A stretch of 64,000 nucleotides of DNA, from positions 110,422,001 through 110,486,000 of the forward strand of contig OZ024743.1 in the NCBI GenBank assembly GCA_964016885.1. Reading direction: 5' to 3'. Source of the stretch: Eledone cirrhosa. Its lineage: Eukaryota. Each line of letters starts with the position of its first letter. Position 1 is the stretch's first letter. The notes beneath the pieces were generated by a model. It saw only the letters and a program-made list of their open reading frames with translations. It made no database searches and was not told the DNA's origin. Shown piece after piece: positions 1 through 13,900 of this stretch. Position numbers and translations under genes: made by a program.

Positions 1-832
1 GCCTAGATATAGTCAACTAAACAGAATTAGGTTTAAAATAAACTAGGAGAAAACAGAATACATTTAAATACCTCTACCATGGTTTCGTCCGTGTTTTGAG
101 TTTTCCAATAATTATGTAATAATCATATAAACTCGAGCGCCGGATTCTTCAGGAAGCTCGCTCATATCTAGACATTAAATTTTCCAAAACGATCGTGCCA
201 AGAATTCATTTCAAAATGGCTAAAAATCGTGACGTAGTCGCGGTCAAGTTGGAAGGGGTGTGGTAGTTGCTTACGATTGGTGGCATTTTTGCTAGAAAGC
301 ACAGCACAATACAGCCAAATTCGTATCTCAACCTAGTAAGAGATTATTACATATAAAAGTTTATATATATATATACATACACATACATATACGTGTTTTG
401 CAACTGGTCACTTTGTGGCTCAATGAAAAATTAATAAATTAAACAATCAGAGCTATATATCATAACACATGTCTATAGAATCACAAGATATTAATTTTTC
501 ATTGAGCCACAAAGTGACCAGTTGCAAAACACGTATATGTATGTGTATGTATATATATATGTAAACTTTTATATGTAATAATCTCCCACTAGGTTGAGAT
601 ACGAATTTGGCTGTATTGTGCTGTGCTTTCTAGCAAAAATGCCACCAATCGTAAGCAACTACCACACCCTTCCAACTTGACCGCGACTACGTCACGATTT
701 TTAGCCATTTTGAAATGAATTCTTGGCACGATCGTTTTGGAAAATTTAATGTCTAGATATGAGCGAGCTTCCTGAAGAATCCGGCGCTCGAGTTTATATG
801 ATTATTACATAATTATTGGAAAACTCAAAACA
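1..832. mobile_element. Non-coding hammerhead retroelement family R1: minus-strand copy (1-488) plus inverted arm (489-832)
   Basis: Near-identical inverted arms 92-436 and 489-832 with a 52-nt spacer; homologous to 21250-22436, 33335-34037 and 53760-54420; no ORF. Confidence 0.85.
70..157 (-). ncRNA. Type I hammerhead ribozyme (R1 family)
   Basis: Minus strand: GCUUC-CUGAAGA-AUCCG...CGGAC-GAAA-CCAUGG-UA|GAGGU; first helix-II pair is an A.C mismatch. Confidence 0.75.
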
Positions 833-1100
833 TAATTCGGATGTCACAGTATCTTTCTTGATTGCCTATTATGACATAGTGTAGCAATAATGGACTGAAA
901 TTCTGATGAAACAATTGTTAATACGTAGATTAAATCCTTTTGTAACGGTCTACCTTCGTCCTATTTCTCTTTTTTGATTACACTCCTCGTTTTTTCGTGT
1001 TTCCACCAGAGAATCCCTACCAACCTGTCGAGTCACCTTAACGTATGTTGATAACTTTCCTCACAACTTTTTCTACCAAGCTTTGGAATATTCCTAATTA

Positions 1101-1178
<78 letters not shown>

Positions 1179-1241
1179 ATAGATAGAGCATACACTATTT
1201 AATAGAAGGGGAAAAGGGAGAGAATTGTGTGTGTATATATA

Positions 1242-1369
1242 TATTTCTGAAGACAGCATATATGTGTAGGTATGTATATTCCCTCTGATAGTTTGTCAAA
1301 AATTTACATAGATCTATATGATATACATACCAACACAAACATATATATCCTAGAAACGATCGTAAAATG
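1242..1369 (+). ncRNA. Hammerhead ribozyme with long helix II (family R3)
   Basis: UAUUU-CUGAAGA-(~100 nt)-GAAA-CGAUCG-UA|AAAUG; homologous to 35795-35934. Confidence 0.7.
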
Positions 1370-1746
1370 ATGAATTGTTTAATATAAGGAACTGTTTCTT
1401 TGTTTTTATTCATTATTTTTATTAATTTATATATATATATATATATATCGTTTGTGATTCGATTGCTGACTTGGTCAGTTCACACTGCTGCACATTAATA
1501 TTACTACCACAGCGACTATTCGAATTAACATGAGTAGGAATAATCATTGAGCTTCTGTCTTCCGAATTTTCTGTTTCCTGTATATGTCCCACGTGTTCCT
1601 AAATGATAATGTTTAAATCAAAACTGATATATATATACATATATATATATATAAATAAATATATATATATATATACATACATGTGTGTGTATGTGTGTAT
1701 GTATGTTTATATATATATATATGTCTGTATATATATATACGTCTGC

Positions 1747-1862
<116 letters not shown>

Positions 1863-4663
1863 GTATGTATGCGTCTGGGTATAATTCTTAGTTTTATTAC
1901 TTATGTATTATTTATGAATATGTAAAAAGTTCACATTGTCATGGAATATTTATGTTATGGCACACATACAATATAGCTCCTACGTATATTATGTTTTGGG
2001 AGATTACTTAATGGAAAATACTTTTTTCTAGCTCCGATTTTGAATAATTTAAGAAAAGCTTCACAGAATTTAAAAAGCCACCACATTTCATGGCGAGGAA
2101 AACATCTCATCACTAACATTAATTATGTATATATCTCTGACAATTTCTTTTGCATTGCTTCCTTCCTCGTTTAGAATGGTCATCTCTGTAGTAGCGGGAA
2201 TATACACTCGGCAGTTGTCGTAGAGGTCTAAATAAAATAAGCAATTTCAATCTTGTCGTGTGTTTATTTCATAGCAAAGTCAGATTTTAATAAAAATCTG
2301 AAATATGTCTATTAATCAAATAAACGAAATCTAACCTTTAACATTTCACTTTAAAAATCTATCTAACACTGTTGAGACGAGCCAATAATAAAACTGGAGC
2401 AAACTCTAGCGAACTGTAGCATTCTTAACAGCAACAGTGTTATAGCATTGAACGTTGTAACACAATATTGAGTTAGCTTGTGATATGAAACACGTGATAT
2501 GGAAGATGTAAATCGCATCAAAATGGCATTTGCACATATGCATGAACCAATATTGTAATTTCTTGGAACAGCTACCGAAAATTAAATGTTACTTCTTTTG
2601 CAATAACATGCATTTGGAGTCTTCTATCAGAGGGCCGTATGTGAAAACAAAAATCAGTTTGCGGCAATGAGAAGCGGAGACAGCCTTACCAGAAAACACT
2701 TTAATTCAAAATGTATAGATTGCCCCTACCTTTGCTACTCGTACATCTGTAGCTTGTTTGAAAATGGCTAGAACAATAATCAGATTAATCGTCTTATGAT
2801 CAGCACCAGTGACCGGAGAAATACACCATATGGACAACGAAGTTTCTCCTATTCCTAAAGCCCGCCACCAACTACAGGACTTTGGGTTACTTTTCCAAAA
2901 TATTGTTGTGATTACGTGAAGGTAACCTGCCAAAATGTCTTATGGGAGGAGAGAAACAAATAGAAATGGCAGAAAATAAACAATAATAGCATATTTAATA
3001 ACTAGATCCTCATGCATCTCACAGGAATATATCGCGTTACTCTCTATTAAGCAGGTGTCCTGATAGTCAAGGTGGGCTTACTTTAGTTGCTATATCTGAT
3101 GAAGTTTGAGGAATGAAATATTGTACTAGAGGAATATCAAACACCCATAAACGAAAGAAAAAAAATGTACCTGAATAAAACAAACAAATACAAGAGTCTA
3201 TGAAGGGCAGAGTTTGCCTCCCCGTCAGATGTGGTGTTGTTTATGACAAGGACTGAATCAAAATCGTGGAATTTTGAAAATGGTGTTGCATTTTGCTGAA
3301 GTCACATATGCAAAGATTTTAAGGAATGGTGCGCCTTGGATTTTAAAGATGCCTTATGCAGTATTTCGACTAAGGTAACAGCCCGCTTCAAATGTAAGAT
3401 GTAGCCTTAATATTTAAGTCGTTGAGATAAGTATACAGATATGTATAAACGTCTAATTTGGATTAGAGTTACAGACCATTCGTCGATCTATAAATATACG
3501 AAGTTTCATTCTCGCCAATTTGGCTAGTTATGCCTGGTAAACCATATTAGATTAAGATTACGAAGAAACTGATCGAACATGGAACCAAATGATTGTGAAT
3601 CGAAAGTTTTAATCAGTCGACCATGTTGCAGTTGAATTTGAAAGCAATGTTTCTTAGATATTCTGATAATCCCTTTGTGGTAATCTGCTGATATCTGTCT
3701 GTGTGATTAGTAGCTGTGTTTTGATACTGCAATTCGTTTTTGCACTACTTCTTATTTATCTAAATATACATCTCCATATGATGTTAGGCCTCCATATCTA
3801 ATAAATAATGACGGTGTCCAATTTCTTCAGAAGAGTAACAAATATGGTGGGAGGCGAAAGTCGATTTCATTAATCCCTTACTTGACAGTTTTATTATTTT
3901 ATCGACACGAATTAATAAAATCGAAATTGTCCACGGCTGGATTTTAACTAAAGGCCCTTATTAAATATGTTAAAATATTTTGCCTTGCGATCTAAATTTT
4001 TTGTCAATCCCACCATCGTTATCTAATAAATAATGATATTATTAATAACAATAGGTTCTTATTTAGGCGCAATGTTAATAATTATTCAGCATAGGAAAGA
4101 TGATCAAATCGACCCCAATGCATTACTGGTACTTTAATTTATACAACCAGTAAGGAAGAAAAGCAAAGCTAAATTCGACTACATTTGAACTCAGAACGTT
4201 AGTGTTGCAACAAAATAAAGTACAACATTTTGTTTGTTGTTCTAAAGTTGCCAACCCTATCTCATGTATGATAACGTTATTTATAATATTTGAACTATTT
4301 TAATACGTTCATTATAATGATAATTGTTTATAATATTAGCGCAACGCAAGCAATTTGGGGAAGAAAGAAAGTCGAGTATATAGACAGCAATACATGTGTG
4401 TGTGTGTGGGGGGGGGGGGGGGGTATACCAATTTATCAAATTAGTGATTATGAAGGGCTAGACTAACCTTAGTGCGGTTTGAAATCAAGACAATAAGGTC
4501 CGGAAAAATACGCTGCGAGGCATGCTGTTTGACACCCTATCCATACTACCAATCAACTGCCTAGCTTTATAATAATAATATCAATAATGATTGTCATTAT
4601 AATTATTATTATTTTTTCTTGTTGTCGTTAGTCTGTTATCCGTTTTTGTCATTATTATTACAT

Positions 4664-4755
4664 TTTGCCTTTCATCCTTACGGGGTCGATAAAATAAAGT
4701 ACCAGTAATGCACTGGGTAATTGCTGGCCTTGTGCCTAGAGTAGAAACAATTATT
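4664..4755 (+). mobile_element. tRNA-derived SINE, 3' half
   Basis: GCCTTTCATCCTTACGGGGTCGATAAAATAAAGTACCAGT core shared with 8925-9210, 57065-57250 and 60145-60525. Confidence 0.8.
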
Positions 4756-4996
4756 ACATTGTCATTATCTTCCGCATCCTTGCATTTATATCAGTAATAT
4801 CAGAATAACCATCGTCAATGAGATTCGTAGAACGACTGAGAGGAAACACTATTCAGTAATGATGACAGATTATGTATTACGTCGGATAAAATGGGTTATT
4901 TACCACATTGTTATATAAGACACCTCTGTTCATTCTATATTTCTATCAATCTATCTATCTATCTATTCATCTTTCTTTCTTTCTCTATCTCTCTCT

Positions 4997-5091
<95 letters not shown>

Positions 5092-5890
5092 TCTATTCAT
5101 CCTGTATTTCGCTTTCTTCCTATATCCGTGTATGCCTATCAATCTTGATATTTCTATTTTCTATTTTCAAGTCATACATGTCTTTCTTATTCTTTCTCTC
5201 TCTCTCTTGCTCTCTGCTTCTTTGTTCCCATCTCGTCACCACATCTCTCTCTTACATTGTTCCTTCCTTTTCATGCTTTAAGGAAGTATATGCGAATAAG
5301 CAGCCATAGGATTAGGTGTGGAGGAGATCAAGAAATTGAAAAAGATATAAAAAGAATGAAGAATACAATGCTATTCGCAGGATAATAGAAACCGGCCGAA
5401 TGCTTTTGTTACAAATTTTATCATCTACAGACTGATATCATTAACATTGGCCTGTAAATTCAAGTGGATTAACCTAGGAAAATGGCTTTGTCCCGTAATA
5501 AACGGCTTTACTTTCGAATCGAACAAACTGTAATAAAAGTTATTCTAGCATAATTCGACCGGAACATGTGGAATGGAATCGCTTAGAAATGCCCTGGGCC
5601 ACGTTGCACCATTTCCGGATTAGGAAAATAATATAAATCCGAATAGTATCCGCTCGATTGTTATTTTTGTTCTTCGTCTCCTCCACTACGAAATATGGTG
5701 GCTTGTACTGTCAGAAACGCCCGAAGAAGAAACTTTTGTAGTCACAGGTAAAGGTTTTAACAAAATCTCTTCCATATGCTCTATAGTCTGACAAGAGCTG
5801 CCAAATATTAGATCACACTCGTTTTTCCCTTTCTCTCTTAAGGCGTATGTATAAACACATACATATGCACCCACACACACAGACGCACTC

Positions 5891-6013
<123 letters not shown>

Positions 6014-6628
6014 TGAGTGTGTGTGTGTATGTGTGTGTGTGTGTATGTGTGTGTGTGTGTTTGTATGTGTGTGTACATATGTATGTATATGCATATATAT
6101 ATATATATATATACATATAAATGTGTTTGTATGTATGTGTGTGTTTCTCAGATTCTATCTAACACACAGCTTCCAGCCTTGGGATCTGAATATATATTTA
6201 GAGACACACATTCTTTTCTAAACATTGTTAATCGCCTGAGTTTGCTATCATACCTCAGGCCGTTATCTAAAACCTGAAGCTGCATAAACGTATATAATAT
6301 ATGTGCTATTTGTTCCATCTCTTCATTAAACGTAAATTTAATCCTGTCATTCAGCAATGTTGTTTTAAGCTCTGTATTCCTCCTTTTAAAGGCACTACAA
6401 CTCTCTTACTCCTTCCATCACATCGAAAATCCTTCTGTCTAATAATTGTCATTAAGGCATTTTAGTTTCCCATACAGTTATTTTCAATTCATTTTTACTA
6501 TCTATTGTCATTTATGAACACACTAGGAACCTGGAACTGTCCCGCACTTCAACGAGTGAATTCACTCTGAGCTTGCATTTAAACATACATAACTGTAACA
6601 TATGTTTACATACATATGCAGGGCAGAG

Positions 6629-6925
6629 TATAATACTATAAGGATAAGAAACACGTATTCAGTGTTGCATCATAACCTATTTAATAACATATTACATATG
6701 TTTCTCTATCGATCAGCTCGGTGCACGTTCTATTATAGATCGAACATGACTGTGTAATCGAAAGCACGAATTCATATACTAAGCATATCTGACGTCCTTT
6801 CAATTACAGGGTCGGGTTCGAGCTATAATAGATCTTGCCTTGGCCTGATCGATAGAGAAACATATGTAATATGTTATTTAATATGTTATGGTGCAACATG
6901 ATTCCTTGTTCCTTATCCTTATACT
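6629..6925. mobile_element. Fold-back element carrying a hammerhead (6784-6873, +)
   Basis: Imperfect inverted repeat; CAUAU-CUGACG(U)-stem-GAAA-CAUAUG-UA|AUAUG with core A9 altered; ends in (TA)n. Confidence 0.65.
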
Positions 6926-7319
6926 ATATATATATATATATATAATTTAAATGTAAATATATGTATATACATATGTGTGGGTGTATGTGTACATATGTGA
7001 GTGTGTATGAACATTTATAATAAAGTTAAGAAACACAACGTTATACTATAGAAAGAAAATAAGTTAGTTCATACAAAATGAATTATAGATTAGAATGTCT
7101 TTGACCTGAATGGTATCATGTGTCTTTTTGCGTGCCTGTGTATGTATCTATATGTGTGTCTGTGTGTAAATGTATGTGTGCATTTACAAAAATATATTAT
7201 GTTTATAGAAATGTGTATAAGAATGTTGTACGCATAGTAATATACAATACACATTTCTAGGTGAATAATAAGATTAAAAATAAAATATGTGACATTTTAG
7301 TTATCACTTACATCAGCTA

Positions 7320-7367
7320 TTGTTGTTGCTGTTGTTGTTGTTGTTGTTCTTCTTCTTCTTCTTCTTC

Positions 7368-7464
<97 letters not shown>

Positions 7465-7800
7465 CCCTTCGAGGGTCGTAGAGGCAGAGTCTTCAAACAA
7501 TCTTCCCGTCGGTTACTGTCTCAAACAACCGTCTCCAAATAATCGGGCTGGATCTCCAATTGAGACAACCAAGTTCCTGGATGTAATCCAACCATTTGGC
7601 TCGTGATCTACTCCTGGGTCACCTGCCGGTTGGTTTTTCCCGTAAAATCTGTTCAGCAATTCATTACTGAGACATTTTAACCACGTGGCCAAGCTATCGG
7701 AGCCGTGATCTTTGAATTCGTAATGGTGACTCTTCTTGAAATTATCCATTGTTCTCTGATCTGTGGCCACTTGTATTCGCGATCGAGTTCCTTCAGTCAT
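7320..7800 (-). mobile_element. RTE-type LINE 3' fragment with (TAA)n/(GAA)n/(CAA)n tail
   Basis: Frameshifted RLR*LGHVVKM...RPRSRSRAKWLDYI-like RTE C-terminus running into a trinucleotide tail at 7320-7464. Confidence 0.6.
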
Positions 7801-8924
7801 TTACTAAGGTTCATGACCATAGGTAAGGGTCGCACGAATACCGAATTGAAAATAGCGAGTTTGGCATTTACATTCTCCTACCTTCTTTTGCCAAATGCTG
7901 ATTTAATTTTACCAAATGCTGATTTAATTTTACAATAATATCATGCAATAATGTCATTATATAATTACATTACAAATAGCCCAATATATAAACATCCTTA
8001 TGTTTATGTAGATAACTTTCGAGGTCGAAGAAACCTATGTTATATCCGATGGAATTTCGTTATTCCAAACATTTACATATATTGCACTCAAGTTGCAAAT
8101 GTATCTAAATTTCTTCTCTTCACTTCACCCTAAATGGAGGGAATAATATTCACAATTTTATTTTGGAAACTTACCTACTTAAAATAAATTCGTCTTGTGG
8201 TGCTTAGCAAATAATTCCACATACAACTTCCAATACCTCCCGAGTTACTGTTGTTATTAGTTCCAGATGATGTTGATGGACACCTAATCGTTTACCTCCA
8301 GTTCATCTCGGTTTTCCAATTTTCAGTTTGCCTCCCATGATAGCTTTCATTAGCCGATACAGGTGAGGTTATTTTGGGAAACGTGCCATTTGGGTAAAAT
8401 ACGATAGGGTGATATATAGGCAACATATGTCTGTCTTATATTGTGGGACAGAATAGTTTGTTAATAATCAAAACATTAGTCAGGCACTAGAATTATTATC
8501 AAATTTAGATGGGGCACTAGTGTCAGTGGGTCGGAGAAATTACTATAATGTATTTCATTACAGCCTTATGTGTTAACATTCCATCAAAGTCAATTGTAAC
8601 TTCCACTTTCATTTGTCCATAAATTGAATTAAAGTTCACGTACATGTCTCAACATAATCGACATTTTATTATCCAGAAATTGTTGGCCTTGAGACTAAGC
8701 CAGAAATTATAACTAGTTACATAAATAATACCGGTATTTATTTAGTAAATTGACATATCATACCAGTATATATACATTTCTTTGAAGCAGCAATATTATT
8801 AGTGTATACTAATGTTAATTTCGATCATTGGGCCATTAACATAAAATGGGTGGTGTGTTTACTCGATTAAATCAGCGACATTTCGTGACTTGTATTTGAT
8901 TCATATTTGGCTTTCATTATTTTA

Positions 8925-9210
8925 TTGGCAGTATCAGTCGAGGGTCGGACTCCATGCTTTCCAGTATAGTTACGTCCCTTTACGATCTGAGTTCAAATCC
9001 CGCCGAGGTTGACTTTGCCTTTCATCCTTACGGGGTCGATACAATAAAGTACAAGTAATGCACTGGGTAATTGCTGGCCTTGTGCCTAATGTAGAAACAG
9101 TTATGCTAGAGGTTAACTTTGCCTTTCATCCTTACGGGGTCAATAAAATAAAGTACCAGTAATACGCTGGAATAATTGCTGGCCTTGTGCTAAAAGTAGA
9201 AACAATTATT
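8925..9210 (+). mobile_element. tRNA-derived SINE, full copy plus tandem 3' half
   Basis: B-box-like GAGTTCAAATCC at ~8990 followed by the conserved CCTTTCATCC...GGGGTCGATA...GTAC core, present twice. Confidence 0.8.
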
Positions 9211-10344
9211 TTATCATAGATGGAATAATATACCAGTCATTTAATGAGGCTGCTTTCAACGGATAACACCTCACCCTATTTTGTGTCTTTGGGTATAAGA
9301 TCGAAATTATTATTGGCAACACGAATCATATTTCTGCTTCAAACAGGAATAACATAACTCATATGACTTACATTGTCAGGTTACTCATTAACATACGGTT
9401 GATGACAATATTGACATGATTTCCTCTCGTTATTTTCTATTTTACATTCATATTAAACGGAAAATAATAATTAAAATCTATTATCAGTGAAAACATTGGT
9501 AAAATTTATAGAGCGATTTGACATTAGAAGACTTCCATTGCATAAATCAATACATTAATTGGTTTTCACAAACATTTGTCATATCCTTATTAAATTGAAT
9601 TCCTCAACTCGTTATACCAGATAATTCCACTGAATGATAGAATAAATGAAATTGTGTATGAATATACATATATAGGGTTTCAAGCATGTTGATATGCAAT
9701 CCAATTCGTGAAAATGAATTTGTATTTTCGTAATTCATTAATTTCCCTCGGCGAGTGTTTATTTGCTGTGTTTGTTGTTAAAATTATTCTTTTTTTTTTT
9801 ATGTTCATATTGATATTACTGTGTTATTTGTTTTTCCCTGATGTTGTTATTGCCGTTTTGTTTTTGCTTCTGTTCTGTGACGTTGATGTTTTTTTGTGAA
9901 GTTGCTGTTTTTGTGAGGTTGCTAATGGTGTTTGCATTTTTGTAGACACTGACCAGTTTCTGATACACCAGTCTTCTGATTAGCTGCGAATAAAGGTTCA
10001 ACATGAAGTCACAATTGGTATGTGGTGTAGTGTCATTTCTTGGATCTTTATATTTCACCAGTCCCAACTTATGCAGGTAGGCATTTCAATTGAAGTTATT
10101 GCGTTTCTCCTCATTTATGACAGGTTGTATTTTATCAGAGATATATTATATAATTCTGTTGCAGTTTCTTCGTATTTCAAATGAAAGATATCAATTGATA
10201 TTGCTTTCAGAAACTAACGCCAATTATTCTTCAGGAATTTCCAACCACGTTCTATGGAGATATTCGTATATATAACATTTTTCACACCCTTAAAATAAGA
10301 ACATCATTATTCGCATTGCTCTTATTATCATTATTGGGATGGTG

Positions 10345-10550
10345 ATTTGACAGTATCAGAGGAGAGTCGGACAATATGCTTTGCGGCATATAGTTATGTC
10401 CCTTTACGTCCTGTTTTCAAATACCGCCGAGGTTACCGTTGCCTTTCACCCTTACGGGATCGATAAAATAAGGTCGTTGGTTCGGTTTAATCGATTTCAC
10501 CCATTCCCCAAAATTGTCGGCCTTCTGCCTAAATCAGAAACCATTAATAT
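10345..10550 (+). mobile_element. Older SINE copy of the same superfamily
   Basis: Diverged TTCAAATACCGCCGAGG...GCCTTTCACCCTTACGGGATCGATAAAATAAG. Confidence 0.65.
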
Positions 10551-10786
10551 TATTTTTTTTATTTGTGTTGCTGTTCTTGTTCTTGTTGCTAATATTATTA
10601 AAGGGGTTATTAGCTGTTCAATCATGTCGCTATTAGTTTAAATTTCATGCCTTACCTGGATGCATAGGAACACCAAATTTCACATTAGATAATAATTAGC
10701 GAAAATCAACCAAATATGATATATTAAAATACAGTATTTGACTTCAATATACATACATTCATAATTGAATGCATGCAATATATATG

Positions 10787-10949
<163 letters not shown>

Positions 10950-10980
10950 ATATATATATAGACAGATAGATACATTTTTT

Positions 10981-13900
10981 TCGAATTAGATCTTTTTCGA
11001 AGGGTCCTCGACCGGGCGCACGTGACTGTAGAGCTTGTCTCGAACTGGTAGAGCTCCTCGGTAGCACTGCCAGGCTAGAGACTTTTGGAAGTTGTACATT
11101 GATACCGGGCTGAAGGTCCTACCGAACAGACTGGCCAGTTCGTCCTCCTCTACGCAAAGAGTTTCTCCGAGCGCGTCGTCGCACTTGCTGCGGACCCACG
11201 CTCTATAGAATGTCGAAGTGGAGTCTCCACTTATCGCCGGGTACGTTTGCCAGAGGACTCTTGCGCCTGAGCACATTCGATGTGCCAGTCGCCCATTATA
11301 GATACATACATTTCTTTATTAGCCACAAGGGTACAAAAGGAGGGGACAATTACAAATGGGGAGTTTACATACACGTATATGAAAATAAAACTATTAATAA
11401 AATAACAAATAACAACTGAAATCCCCAATGGGGGGGGGGGGTTACACAAGGGTTGTGCACACACAGAAAAAATGTACAGCCTTCATCTCCAGGAGCACCA
11501 AGAGTGAGTATTGCCTTCCTCTCTTCCTCTTTTTCCTCAACCTACATGCTTATATAGAGAGAAGGCCCAACCACTCGGGCCATCTTTGCCACATTCACCC
11601 ACCTTTTATAAAATTTGGTGGAGGACAGCACCTCTATCCATCCTGATTCTTCTTCCAAAATGATATTTGAATAAAATGAATCAGTTGCTCGCCGGAGAGA
11701 AAGGTGTCTGACCCCAGCCCTTTTAACCTCGTCCACCATATAACCTCTTTCACCGTAGCTATCAGATAAAGGAAAACCGCCTCTCCCTCGTTTTTGAAGG
11801 AGGGTGGTGGTTTGATCATGACAATGGACTCGGTGGTCAACTGGATTGGTCCCAACCGCGACAATAGTCGTTCTACATAGCCCCACAGGTCGGTAACGTG
11901 TCTGTATAGCTTGTCTCGAACTGGTAGAGCTCCTCGATAGCACTGCCAGGCCAGGAACTTTTGGAAGTTGTCCATTGGTCCCGGGCGGAAGGTCCTACCG
12001 AAGAGACTGGCCAGTTCGTCCTCCTCTACGCCTAGAGTTTCTCCGAGCGTGTCGTCGCACTTGCTGCGGACCAACCCTCTATAGAATGTCGAAGTGGAGT
12101 CCACTGATCGCCGGGTCCGTTTGCCAGAGGACTGTGAGCGCCTGAGAACATTCGATGTACCAGTCGCCCATTTTCCTCAGTCTTTGCTTGACCCAGGACT
12201 GCAGCTCGGTCAGCGAGAGGAGTCGTGGGGGGCTCTCCCCGCGAACAGGGCCCACACCGGTTCTCTGGTGAGGCATACGTGGAGTGTGCCGGAGACTGAG
12301 CGCGTGTTTGCGCATCGTCAGCCACGGCTTCCCCAGCTCTCCGTTTGAAGGCTGTTGGCAGCAGATGGATCTTCTCACCAAAGGAGACCGTTTCTTCCAA
12401 ACGAATTGGAAGAGCGCGCGCTCCATTTTAGTGAGCGTTTAGGCTGGGCAAGGCACAGTGGTCAAGCGGTAGTAGATGACGAACGCTATAACAGGGTTGG
12501 CCACCTCCGCTCGACCTTTCAAGGATAGTTTGCATCGGCCCACATCTGGGTGAGCGCAAACACCTTGGCCGTCACCTCGTTTGAGTTCTTCTCCACCTGG
12601 AGGTCAGGACCAAACCAGACCCCGAGCCCTTTACCGGTCCTTCCGTCCAGCGTCTTACGACGTTATCGGCAGGCATCGGTCTGCCTCCCCGCATTCCGAG
12701 TTGCAAACCGACGGATTTAAACCGGTTCAGCTTCGCTCCTGTGAAGATTTCGTATTCCTCCAGTAAGGTGCCGATCTCCGCGATTTGCGAGGTGCTCGAC
12801 AACAGTACTGTCAAGTCTCTATGATGTATCGCATAAGGTGGAGGTTGTCGTGTATGGACCTGGTCGGGATTGTGCATGTATGCGCTTCTCCCACCAGGTT
12901 TTCGACGACAAGCGCCAGCCTCTTTGCCAACACCTTGGCCAAAATCTCTAACTCTGTGTTGAGCAGAGTTATTGGCCGGAAGTTGCCTATGTCATCCCCC
13001 TTATTCTCGTCCTTCCTGACTAACGTGATGACGCACTTGGTCACAGAACTGGGAATTCTCCCGTTCTGTTGCCAGTTGCATTAGACCGCTTCCAGGAGAC
13101 CGGAGAACAAGTCCGGCATTGGTACGTAAAATTCGTAGGGTAGACCGTCGAGACCTGGAGATTTGCGTTTGCCGCATTGGCTCAGCGCGTCTCCTATCTC
13201 AGCGGCCGAAATCGGCCTTTCGCAGAACGTCGCCTCGCTGTCCGAGAGTCGGGGTAGGCCATCGAGGTATGAACCGAAATACATAGCCCCTCCCGGCGCG
13301 CCCCCCTGCCCGAACAGTTGAGCAAAGTGCCGCTGAAAGGCCGCGCACGTTTGCTTCTGCTCACGTCTCACGCGTCCGTCTTGGTCCTTCAAAGATTGAC
13401 TCGTGGACTTGTTGACACTTTTCGCCTACGTCACTCGGGCTCAGCTAACAGCTTTGGCTCCCTCGTTACCCAGAGCACGTATTTTGCTTCTGACACCGCA
13501 GCCTTTATGCTTTGCGTCGAAGAACTGGTCCAAGGCCGTTCTCGTCGCTAGCACGCTGGCTACGTTGCCACTCCTAAGTTCCTGTTCTACTTTATCTACC
13601 AGTTCCTTTTCAGCAATCCAGCCGCTGAACACGGTTCGAAGCCTGCCGCCTCGAGCACCGAATCCAGTAATGATGGTCAACCCTATCGAAAGCTTTAGAA
13701 TGATCCAAGTTGATCAGGGCCCCACCGAAGCCGGGTTTAGACCCTACCCTCTCTATGATGTATCGCATGAGGTGGAGGTTGTTGTGTATGGACCTGATCG
13801 GGATTGCGCATGTCTGCGCTTCTCCCACCAGGTTCTCGACGTCAAGCGCCAGCCTCTTTGCCAACACGTTGGCCAAAATCTGTAACTCTGTGTTTAGCAG

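Noticed and set aside
2706-2933. 75-aa minus-strand ORF and the similar exon-like stretch at 5400-5810
   Set aside because: No recognisable domain and no consistent spliced reading frame
8985-9005. tRNA gene suggested by the B-box
   Set aside because: No cloverleaf; it is the head of a SINE
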